Below are positions 55,917 through 64,000 of a stretch of 64,000 nucleotides of DNA, piece by piece. The stretch spans positions 672,001 through 736,000 of the forward strand of contig CAWHBU010000004.1 of assembly GCA_963827685.1 (NCBI GenBank), written 5' to 3'. The notes beneath the pieces are model-generated. The model was not told the DNA's origin. It made no database searches and saw only the letters and a program-made list of their open reading frames with translations. Each line of letters starts with the position of its first letter. Position 1 is the first letter of the stretch. The stretch is from an uncultured delta proteobacterium. GTDB taxonomy: Bacteria > Desulfobacterota > BSN033 > UBA1163. The position numbers and the translations under genes are program-made.

Positions 55917-56809
55917 TGCCACAGACGCCCCATAAAGACAAGTTGTTGGCAGCAATTAGCAACCCAAAATGCGAGGCTGCCGATATTGCCATATTAAAAG
56001 AATGTCTTGCCAGATACGAGACATGGATTGCTGATATGGCGAAAGTTGATCTCAACGGAAAAGATCGTGTTTTTGGACTCACCAAGCTCTTGAATGCGTA
56101 TAAGGATGACTTGGAAGTTGAAATAATCATGAAATCCCAGTCCCCATTTTTGATCAGACAAAAGGGTCAACTCAAATTGGACAATTCGGTATTTGAGGAG
56201 TTCCTGATGTACCTTGTTGACAGCAGGATTCTGGATGGACTACCTGCCTTTTCACTTGATATCGGCCCGCAGACTGCATTCATGTCGCTGGCGTTCACAC
56301 CAGCAAATCTAAATGCACTCGGTGGGAAACCGGCAGTGGAGGTCAAAGAGAAAGACGCTGACTTTGCGCTGGGAAAGACAATTCACTATAAGTTTTCACC
56401 AGATTCAAATTTCCCATCAACAAAGACAACAGAGGGCCAGCTTATGCTGGCCGTATTAGCAGCAGAATGTAAAGTGAACCTTGATAAAACAATGTTTCAA
56501 GAGGCTGCGGGTACTGCATCTCGCTTAAAACAAGGCTGCCCAATGTCAAGATATTACCTGCTTGTAGAATACTTAGATATGGAACCAGAGGATTGTCGGT
56601 TGACTGCAATAGACAACGTCTTTCTCCTGCGTCATGCAAAGCGTTTGCCATTCGGGAAACGCACTCAATACGATGAGGTGAAGGCGCAGCATCACTACAA
56701 GCCTATTGATTCAGAAATCATATGGAAGTTTTGCCAAGAGATACAGTCTTTTTTGAAGGCTGTGTGGTACGACCCCGGAAAGGCGCTTGACAGAGGCTCT
56801 TTCATATAA
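55913..56809 (+). CDS. Type II restriction endonuclease, Bpu10I-family-like
   Basis: QKGQLKLDNS.FEEF, KDADF, ECKVNLDKTMFQEA; overlaps the methyltransferase stop. Confidence 0.82.
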   Translation: MMPQTPHKDKLLAAISNPKCEAADIAILKECLARYETWIADMAKVDLNGKDRVFGLTKLLNAYKDDLEVEIIMKSQSPFLIRQKGQLKLDNSVFEEFLMYLVDSRILDGLPAFSLDIGPQTAFMSLAFTPANLNALGGKPAVEVKEKDADFALGKTIHYKFSPDSNFPSTKTTEGQLMLAVLAAECKVNLDKTMFQEAAGTASRLKQGCPMSRYYLLVEYLDMEPEDCRLTAIDNVFLLRHAKRLPFGKRTQYDEVKAQHHYKPIDSEIIWKFCQEIQSFLKAVWYDPGKALDRGSFI

Positions 56810-57054
56810 ACGCCCAACAAAATCATGCAGCGAATCAAGGAAATCGGTGTCAGGTCTTGACGGCCTGTTGCTCAAAAGCCCAATTCAAAAATATCTGAAA
56901 ATTTAAGTTTCGATGAATGATAGCCGGGGGTAAATAGAACCAAATAGCACCATTTGGCCAATTTTAAAGCTCATCAGCTCCTTAAAATCTGAAAAAGACC
57001 TTATCTCCCTTGTCACAGCCCCTTTGATCTGCTCCATCATTACCGATGGAGGGT

Positions 57055-57238
57055 ATAGGGTCAGGTCTTGCAATCACACATTTCCTTTCCTAGAACAAGA
57101 CAGGATGTCATCCATAAAAGAGTTGGTGTATTCGAATGCGGAATTCGCGTGGACTCCCGGGGGACGGGACGCAGTTAAGTTTGTTAAGTAAGTGCGGTTT
57201 GCTTTCCGACCAAACTCCCGCCCAAATACTCCTTCCTG
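57055..57238 (+). repeat. 184-bp direct repeat, copy 2 (right of the R-M genes)
   Basis: Matches 54200-54383. Confidence 0.92.
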
Positions 57239-57548
57239 TACTATTGATTTTCAATTTTTGTTACGCGGTACAACATTTCAGATGGAAATCATGTAGGGTG
57301 GATTCGCCTGACTTAAACCATTCAACAGCATATTCATGTGTCGGAGTCTAAATTTTGAGTATAATCCTGACCTCAGCAGAGCCGAACCCTCCGATCATCT
57401 CAAGAGTCCGGGCCACATACTGCTTTATTAGAATCAAAGCACCTTTTCCATATTGTCCGCTGGTTTATTTTGCAATTTGGGCTTAACTTTAAAATCTACG
57501 GGTTTGTTAAATCAATTTTTATCAGCTTTTTCAGGGGTTGTTTGAAGA

Positions 57549-57676
57549 TTAACGATTTTTCTTGACATTTAGCAGAGGATGGTATCTAATAAAAATAGAT
57601 TTAGTTGCAAACAGTCCTTTTTAGGACGACCGAAAACCCGCAAAGAACTCAAAACAGCTTCTTTGCGGGTTTTTTT
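57549..57676 (+). promoter_or_regulatory. Promoter, hairpin and intrinsic terminator leader (copy 1); candidate attenuator or sRNA
   Basis: TTGACA-N17-TCTAAT; GTCC-TTTTTA-GGAC; ACCCGCAAAGAA..TTCTTTGCGGGT followed by a T-run. Confidence 0.65.
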
Positions 57677-57799
57677 ATGGATACTCCAAGGGCCTCTTAC
57701 CAGGATCTACTAAAAGTTGGAACTAGATGTGAAAGGAGGTGAGGGATCTAAAGGCTTGATATTTCTACTAACTACTAACTAAGGAAGGAGGAAATTGCT

Positions 57800-58468
57800 A
57801 TGAAGACCGATGCGGAATTGCAACAACATGTTATGGATGAGCTCAAGTGGGAGCCGACCATTCGTGCGGCGGAGATTGGTGTTGCTGTCAAGGAGGGAGT
57901 GGTGACTCTTAGCGGCAGCGTTGACAGCTACGGTAAGAAGTGGGCTGCCGATCGTGCTGCCAAGCGGGTTTTTGGCGTCAAGGCAGTAACTGACGAGATC
58001 AAGGTCAAGCTGACTAGCTATTACAAGCGCGCCGACAAGGATATCGCCCAGTCGGCGTCAAACGTTCTCGACTGGAATCTTTGGATACCGAGTGACCGCG
58101 TCAAGGTGAGGGTGCAGGATGGTCAGATCACTCTGAGTGGCGATGTGGATTGGTATTACCAAAAAGAGCGCGCGGAGGATGCCGTACGTCACTTAGTAGG
58201 GGTATTGGGAGTCATCAACTCGATCACTGTCAAACCGCCAGTGCCGGAGGTGAAAGCGTTCGAGGTGAAGAACAAAATCGAAGACGCACTTAAGCGCAAT
58301 GCCAGATTATTATTAGCGGCCCAAAAGATTCAGGTGGAAAGTTCACGTAGCAAGGTGATTCTCCGTGGCAGCGTAGGCTCCTGGGCAGAGTATGAGGAAG
58401 CTGAATTCGCTGCTTGGTCAGCTCCCGGCGTGTCTCAGGTCGAGAACAAACTAACGATTACAGGTTAG
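57800..58468 (+). CDS. BON-domain (OsmY-like) protein, three BON domains
   Basis: [35 protein letters not shown]. Confidence 0.9.
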   Translation: MKTDAELQQHVMDELKWEPTIRAAEIGVAVKEGVVTLSGSVDSYGKKWAADRAAKRVFGVKAVTDEIKVKLTSYYKRADKDIAQSASNVLDWNLWIPSDRVKVRVQDGQITLSGDVDWYYQKERAEDAVRHLVGVLGVINSITVKPPVPEVKAFEVKNKIEDALKRNARLLLAAQKIQVESSRSKVILRGSVGSWAEYEEAEFAAWSAPGVSQVENKLTITG

Positions 58469-58922
58469 ACTAAACTGGCAAAATGTTCCTATCTTTTCTC
58501 TTTTTTGGACCGCAATTTGTACCAAACCGCAGCCAACGCATACGTGTGCTCTATCATGGGTCTGCTCCACTGGAAGGGAAGCCGCTTCCTCAAGGCCTGA
58601 GATGAAGGAGCGCAGATCTCTGAGTTGACTTCATTCTACGAGGCTGCAAAGGTGATGTACCCTTTGTGGTACCAGAACTTTCCCTTTGAACGCTGGATTG
58701 GATTTCTGGAGTCATTTAACTTGATCCTACGACGAGAGTCGTCCCTTGCGTCTTTTACCTCGTTTCATTTTGCACTTCACCGGCATTACACTTTGTTGGC
58801 ACTATATTGTCACCGTTATTTTTTGTCAGCGTCTGATATGGGCCGAGGGGAGATCTCTTGCGACAGCGCAAAATAGAGGGGTTGTTTTTAGTCATTGTCA
58901 GAATACATGCCGCATTTGTAGG

Positions 58923-59049
58923 TTAACGATTTCCCTTGCTTTCTAGCAGAGAATAGTATATTAAAGAAGCGTAATCTAGATGCGAAGAGTCCTTTTTTGG
59001 ACGTGAGACCCGCAAAGAACTCTAAACAACTTCTTTGCGGGTTTTTTTT
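58923..59049 (+). promoter_or_regulatory. Promoter, hairpin and intrinsic terminator leader (copy 2)
   Basis: Same layout as 57549-57676: TTAACGATTT, TTGCTT, GTCC-TTTTTT-GGAC and an identical terminator stem. Confidence 0.65.
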
Positions 59050-59152
59050 ATCAAGCCTTATCTTAGGATATATTTAATATTTAGTTACCAGGTTTTGTTC
59101 ATTAAAAATTTGAGAATAAAAGGAAGAAATTAGAAAGGAAGCCAAGGAGAAA

Positions 59153-60358
59153 ATGGCGATAGTAAATTTACACAAAGAATTAGACAAGGGAAAACTGGAG
59201 GCTTTAGTTGAGATTTTTGGAAAAATTAATAAACTTGAATTTGAGGAAATGTTGGAATTTTTAATCCATCAGACTATCGAAACTCTTGGGGTGAAAAGAT
59301 GCGCTATTTTTAAAGTTTTTCCTGAGCCAGAGATAGTGGTATTGTTAGCCGGAGAACCAAAAAATCAGCATGGGGTAGGCATGAAATTCTCTTTCAAGGA
59401 TTTAGGAGCGCTAAAAGAGGTCGTTGGGAGCAAGTCTTATCTTTTAATTACCGAGCCCTTGCATGATAAACGCACCTGGCACAGTCGAGAATTGATCTAC
59501 CATCGAGGCATTAATGCGATTTTGTTTATCCCCATATTGGTGCGAGATAAAGTAATTGGCGTGATTGTCATTGATGCGACGGGCGAGAGAAAAACTCTTA
59601 CCCAGGAAGCGATATACTTCTGTGTGGTTTTGAGCAATTTTGTCGGCACAGTTTTAGAAAGAGATTTAATTCATAAAGAAAGAGGGGAGGAGAAGACTTT
59701 AATGTTTTTGGGGCAGGCGGCTGCTGAAGCTGTCCACCGACTGCGTAATCCTTTGGTAGTGATTGGCGGTTTTGCTCGAAGATTGACAAAATTGAAAGAT
59801 CCTCTGTGCCAAGATTATGCTTCGCACATTATCGAAGGGGCCGATAAGCTGGACGCCGTAATCAGCGGATTGCTGAGTTTTTCTGCGCCTAAAAAAGTTC
59901 AGCTTACCGAAACCAAAATTAATGAGGTTATAAAAGAGGTTGAGAAATCAATTCCGGAGTTAATTGGTACGAAAAATATTAGGGTTAGTCTCCAATTAGA
60001 CTCAGGGATTCCAGCCGTTCTTGTCGATCCTGCTGAGATCGAAGATATGTTTTCTTCGATTTTGCGCAACGCGGTTGAGGCGATCGAGGCAGAGGGAGAG
60101 ATACTCATTAAAAGCAAAAAAGAAGGAAACGAGGTCAAGGTTTCTATTGCCAATACGGGTGGGTGCATTGATGAGGAAATTCTCCAAGAGATATTCAATC
60201 CTTTTTTCACTACTAAAGCAGCGGGTACCGGTTTGGGTTTAGCTACCGCCTATGCGACAATTAAAGCTTGTAACGGAGACATAAAAGTACAGAATGACCA
60301 GGCGCTCAAACTAACCACTTTTGTTATTACGATACCAATACCAGAAAGGAAGGGATAA
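59153..60358 (+). CDS. GAF-domain sensor histidine kinase
   Basis: H-box AVHRLRNPL, NAVEA, IFNPFFTTK, GTGLGL. Confidence 0.9.
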   Translation: MAIVNLHKELDKGKLEALVEIFGKINKLEFEEMLEFLIHQTIETLGVKRCAIFKVFPEPEIVVLLAGEPKNQHGVGMKFSFKDLGALKEVVGSKSYLLITEPLHDKRTWHSRELIYHRGINAILFIPILVRDKVIGVIVIDATGERKTLTQEAIYFCVVLSNFVGTVLERDLIHKERGEEKTLMFLGQAAAEAVHRLRNPLVVIGGFARRLTKLKDPLCQDYASHIIEGADKLDAVISGLLSFSAPKKVQLTETKINEVIKEVEKSIPELIGTKNIRVSLQLDSGIPAVLVDPAEIEDMFSSILRNAVEAIEAEGEILIKSKKEGNEVKVSIANTGGCIDEEILQEIFNPFFTTKAAGTGLGLATAYATIKACNGDIKVQNDQALKLTTFVITIPIPERKG

Positions 60359-60359
60359 A

Positions 60360-60560
60360 CGAGTGTTCTTAAATCAAGAGAGTGCCTGAGCTGTCTCGTC
60401 CCATCATAGAAAAAACAAAACACCCACTTGAAGATATTCCAGATCGGCTGACCCTTCTTGCTTTTTCGTAGCTTCGGAAACGAATCTAACAAAAGAGCAT
60501 AAATACCGATCTTGCTTAAATAACGATCAAATAAGGCCAACCCCCCTCGCCCAGTAAGTG
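60360..60560 (-). pseudogene. Transposase remnant (IS1380-like N-terminus)
   Basis: TLTGRGGLALFDRYL..LRKSKKG..FCFFYDGT fragment, truncated at the kinase stop. Confidence 0.55.
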
Positions 60561-60644
60561 TGTTTTCTCTAAATTTTAAAAAATAAATCGCTCAACTTAG
60601 GTTATATTTAAATAAATTATTAGAAAAAGAGGAGTTTGATCTCA

Positions 60645-62432
60645 ATGAAAGATTCTGATTCGAAGGTTCCAGATCAGAAAGAGTTAGAGAAGGAATTGAA
60701 CGAATACTTAGGTAAAAAGTATGGAGACCGAATTCGACTGGTCGTACCCATGCTCTTCCCAAAACCCCAGACAGAAGAAGTTTCGAAAGAAGAGAAGGAA
60801 CTGGGTGAGGGGAAGAAGAAGATTTATTTCGACTTAAAACCAGAGGAGTTGGAAGCTTTTCTGAATGATTACATCATTCGACAGGAAGAAGCCAAAGAGA
60901 TCCTGGCCACCAAAATCTGCACACACTTCAATCGGATCAAGTTTACTGAAATGACCAAGGGGCGCAATCGATATGAAGGGGTGGGCCATATCAAGAACAA
61001 TATCCTGATGATCGGTCCGACAGGTGTCGGCAAGACCTACCTGATTAAATTGATTGCTAAGAAGATTGGAGTGTCCTTTGTGAAGGGAGATGCGACGAAG
61101 TTCAGCGAAACTGGCTACGTCGGAGGGGATGTGGAGGACCTCGTCCGGGATCTGGTTTATGAAGCCAACGGAGATATTGAACTGGCTCAGTATGGAATCA
61201 TTTACGTGGATGAGATCGATAAGATCGCCTCATCGAACAACCTCATCGGTCCCGATGTTTCGAGAACGGGTGTTCAACGGGCTTTGCTCAAACCAATGGA
61301 GGAGACAGAGGTGGACCTCAAAGTCCTTCATGATCCAATCTCTCAATTGGAGGCTATTGAACATTACCGGAAGACCGGAAAGAGGGAGAAACGTACGATT
61401 AATACCAAGAATATCCTGTTCATTATGAGTGGAGCGTTCAATGGTTTGGAGGATTTCATCAAGAGACGTTTGAATCGGGAGGGCATTGGTTTCGGAGCCG
61501 AGGTTCGCTCGAAGGACGAACAAGCCGAGTATCTCAATCAGGTGAAGGCTGAAGATCTCATCGCCTTTGGATTCGAATCGGAGTTCATTGGAAGGCTGCC
61601 GGTAACCACCGTTTTTGAAAAACTGGAGGTTGACGACCTCTATGCAATCCTGAAAAATCCCAACAACCCTATTATCCTTGGAAAGAAGAAAGATTTCAAA
61701 TCCTATGGGATCGACATTCAATTCGAAGAGGAAGCCCTTTATGAGTTGGCAGTGAAGGCCTATGAAGAAAAGACCGGTGCGAGAGGATTGGTCAGTGCTG
61801 TCGAGAAGGTTCTCATCAAATTTGAAAAGCGACTTCCGTCCACCGATATCCGGAAATTTGTTGTCACACGGGAAGTGGTGGGAAACCCTGAACGGGAGCT
61901 AGAAAGATTGCTCCAGGATCCTTCGAACCCGGAGATGCAGGTTAAGTTTGAAATGCTCCTCTCCCAAGAAAACGTGGCCTTACGGGAATCCATCCTTAAC
62001 CGAGAGGCAGAATTTAAAAAACGCTATGGAATCATTTTCCGAGAGAATAGGATCGCTATCATTGTCAATCGGATGATCGAAAAAGGGTATGATGTCAACA
62101 CCGTTTTTGAAGAGGCAGTGGGGATTCAGCGACAGGTCGAAGAGTTTGAAATGGATTTTAAACGGAGGAATGGAATTTACCTTCAATTCAGCGAGGAGGC
62201 CATTGACCGGATTTCGGAGATGATCCTGAATGAAGATGGGAAAGCCGCAACGATCTTCTCGCGGCTTTCAAAGGATTATGAATATGGGTTGGAATTGATC
62301 AGCGATAAAACGAGTCAAAAAGAATTCATCATTACAAGAGAGGCGGTTGATAACCCAGAGGGATACCTCGACCGGACGATCCGTGAGATCTGCAGGCGAC
62401 AGTCAGACCAAAGGCTTGAGGGTAAAGAATAA
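60645..62432 (+). CDS. ClpX-like AAA+ ATPase lacking the N-terminal zinc finger, with a C-terminal extension
   Basis: GPTGVGKT, ETGYVGGDVE, YVDEIDKI, DVSRTGVQ, GIGFG loop, EFIGRLP, TGARGL. Confidence 0.85.
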   Translation: MKDSDSKVPDQKELEKELNEYLGKKYGDRIRLVVPMLFPKPQTEEVSKEEKELGEGKKKIYFDLKPEELEAFLNDYIIRQEEAKEILATKICTHFNRIKFTEMTKGRNRYEGVGHIKNNILMIGPTGVGKTYLIKLIAKKIGVSFVKGDATKFSETGYVGGDVEDLVRDLVYEANGDIELAQYGIIYVDEIDKIASSNNLIGPDVSRTGVQRALLKPMEETEVDLKVLHDPISQLEAIEHYRKTGKREKRTINTKNILFIMSGAFNGLEDFIKRRLNREGIGFGAEVRSKDEQAEYLNQVKAEDLIAFGFESEFIGRLPVTTVFEKLEVDDLYAILKNPNNPIILGKKKDFKSYGIDIQFEEEALYELAVKAYEEKTGARGLVSAVEKVLIKFEKRLPSTDIRKFVVTREVVGNPERELERLLQDPSNPEMQVKFEMLLSQENVALRESILNREAEFKKRYGIIFRENRIAIIVNRMIEKGYDVNTVFEEAVGIQRQVEEFEMDFKRRNGIYLQFSEEAIDRISEMILNEDGKAATIFSRLSKDYEYGLELISDKTSQKEFIITREAVDNPEGYLDRTIREICRRQSDQRLEGKE

Positions 62433-62563
62433 TGGCAGCCAGAGATTATTATGATATTTTAGGCGTGAAAACCGATGCCAGCGATGAACAAATAAAGCGG
62501 CGAGAAGATGAGGAAAAACTGGAAAAGGAGGTACGCAATGGGAGACAAAGGCAAGAAGGATAA
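62432..62563 (+). pseudogene. Truncated J-domain (dnaJ-like) gene
   Basis: TAATG-coupled to clpX. MAARDYYDILGVKTDASDEQIKR, then homology stops before the HPD motif. Confidence 0.75.
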
Positions 62564-62648
62564 GGACAAGGGTCGGAAACAGAAGATAAATAAACAGGAA
62601 CAAAAGGCAAAAGGGAAGCTAGCGAAGCAACCGAGAAGAACCCCTTGA
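62538..62648 (+). CDS. Small Lys-rich protein (36 aa), absent from the ORF track
   Basis: AAGGAGGT RBS then MGDKGKKDKDKGRKQKINKQEQKAKGKLAKQPRRTP*. Confidence 0.6.
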   Translation: MGDKGKKDKDKGRKQKINKQEQKAKGKLAKQPRRTP

Positions 62649-62872
62649 TAGAAAGCATGGTGAGGTGTCCGCCTCACCCATACGGTCAACATGGTCGTGT
62701 CCCTTGATGGACTGCCGTTCTCTCTTTCAATCGCAAATCATCAACTCTTATTACAACCTTGTCCTCACTCTTTGGTAGGTGCTATACGTAACAAAAAGGT
62801 GATTGAAAGTTAAGCTTATCAGGTTCATCATCTATCTGTATTTCCTATTGATTCAAAGGAAAGGAGATAGAG

Positions 62873-64000
62873 ATGGACCAGAGGGCTATAGAATATTGCA
62901 GCGTCATTCCAACGAATGAATCCCTGACGGAATTTAGAAGTATTGATCGACGGGAGGGGATTCACCCATCCATTTTTTTATCCAAGGCCCATAGAAGAAA
63001 ATCAGAGAGGCCGTGTTGTCCTGAGCTCGAGGCGAAGGCAAGAGCGTTTCAATGGGCACTGAATCGGGTTGCAGGCTGGGGCTTGCCGGGAAAAGAGCAC
63101 GTTGAGGGCTATTTGCGGGACATGTGTAGGCGGGGTCTCAGGCCAAAAACGTACTTCAGTAACCTGACCGCAATCTATATTTTTCTCACTCTTATTAGAG
63201 GTTCCGGAAAGACCCGTTTGGAGGAGATCACCAAGGATGATCTGGAGGTTTTTATTGAACATGAGCAGGATCGGGGGTTAATGATATCGACGGTGCGAAC
63301 AAGGCTTCACTGTGTCAATGCTTTTTTAGGCTATCTGATTGAAGCAGGTGCGATTCGTAGTAATGTTCTGGCAAGAAGAATTCGTCTGAGGAAGCCCGAG
63401 ACCTTACCGAGGGCCATAGATCCGGACGATGTGAAAGCATTACTTTCTGTTATCAACAATCCCAGAGACCGGGCCATGGTGATGGTGCTTTTACGGACGG
63501 GGATGAGAATCGGTGAATTGCTGAGTACCAGGATGCAGGATCTTCACCTCAAGGATCGAAGAGTGGATATCTACGAGGGGGAAAAGAACCGCATCGGAAG
63601 AGTGGTTTACCTCAGTGAAGATGCCATGCAGGCTTTGAAAGCCTGGATCAAGGTGAAGGATTCTCATAAAGTATATCTCTTTTATGCGACGGGCAAGAAC
63701 GCCATGTCCTATACGACCGCACACCTCATGTTCAAAGGCTACCTGACGAAAGCCGGTCTTGCCCATAAGGGGTATTGCCTCCATGCCCTACGACATACGT
63801 TTGCCAGTGAGCTTTTAAATGCCGGTATGCGCCTCGAATGCCTCCAACCGCTGATGGGGCATACCTCTGTGGATGTGACGCGGCGCTATGCGCGGCTCAC
63901 GGATAAGACCAGAGAGCAAGAGTACTTCAGAGCCATGACGATTATAGAAAGGGGGGAGCTGAATGGATCTTACCGACTCGATCATCAGGTACAGGCGTTT
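62873..64000 (+). CDS. Tyrosine recombinase/integrase (no stop before the window end; absent from the track)
   Basis: Manual translation gives LRTGMRIGEL, EKNR, LHALRHTFA, LMGH, TRRYA (R-K-H-R-H-Y catalytic set). Confidence 0.9.
   Translation, partial: MDQRAIEYCSVIPTNESLTEFRSIDRREGIHPSIFLSKAHRRKSERPCCPELEAKARAFQWALNRVAGWGLPGKEHVEGYLRDMCRRGLRPKTYFSNLTAIYIFLTLIRGSGKTRLEEITKDDLEVFIEHEQDRGLMISTVRTRLHCVNAFLGYLIEAGAIRSNVLARRIRLRKPETLPRAIDPDDVKALLSVINNPRDRAMVMVLLRTGMRIGELLSTRMQDLHLKDRRVDIYEGEKNRIGRVVYLSEDAMQALKAWIKVKDSHKVYLFYATGKNAMSYTTAHLMFKGYLTKAGLAHKGYCLHALRHTFASELLNAGMRLECLQPLMGHTSVDVTRRYARLTDKTREQEYFRAMTIIERGELNGSYRLDHQVQAF
63963..64000 (+). CDS. Start of an overlapping second gene, probably a second recombinase
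   Basis: G-rich RBS then MDLTDSIIRYRR.. overlapping the integrase 3' end. Confidence 0.45.
   Translation, partial: MDLTDSIIRYRR

Noticed and set aside
54200-57238. The 184-bp repeat pair as a DGR template/variable pair
   Set aside because: Both copies appear non-coding, the mismatches are not A-specific in one copy, and there is no reverse transcriptase.
58540-58876. Short ORFs between the BON gene and the kinase
   Set aside because: Possibly a gene remnant, but no family is recognisable and there is no RBS support.
60585-60612. dif-like site (..TTATATTTAAAT)
   Set aside because: Only a loose XerD-arm resemblance in AT-rich promoter DNA, with no convincing XerC arm.

Overview
64-kb bacterial chromosomal window. 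Gene content, repeat families and a lexA-dinB operon suggest an anaerobic deltaproteobacterium (Desulfobacterota-like); this is an inference. Bases 1-28.6 kb are a LysR-controlled anaerobic aromatic/phenolic catabolic island. It has two distinct phenylphosphate-synthase-like kinase pairs (PpsA/PpsB type), a PpcB-like UbiD with UbiX and LpdD-like prFMN helpers, an acyl-CoA ligase and three Tm-1/UPF0261 paralogs. It also has an operon joining two phytoene-dehydrogenase-like flavoproteins, an SDR, a Mo aldehyde oxidoreductase and two phosphatases (DUF89 and CreD-like HD). I read that operon as a candidate O2-independent 'phosphorylate-oxidise-dephosphorylate' pathway. The island carries lesions: an IS1202-type insertion with a 16-bp target duplication, two +1 frameshifts and an LpdD::Tm-1 chimera. 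The rest of the window holds a Ser-type Ntn/proteasome-like protein, HDAC, a PIN toxin-antitoxin pair, a 1211-aa TIR defence candidate, hydrolases and radical SAM enzymes. It also holds lexA (with an in-frame REP insertion and a palindromic SOS box), a four-helix-bundle gene flanked by heptamer repeats, dinB with an in-frame amber codon, a GH13 enzyme and a HEAT protein. Near the right end are an R-M pair between 184-bp direct repeats, two copies of a promoter-hairpin-terminator leader, an atypical ClpX, a truncated dnaJ, unannotated small basic ORFs and tandem tyrosine recombinases running off the edge. I recognised no rRNA, tRNA or CRISPR array. All family assignments come from motifs read by eye, with no database searches.
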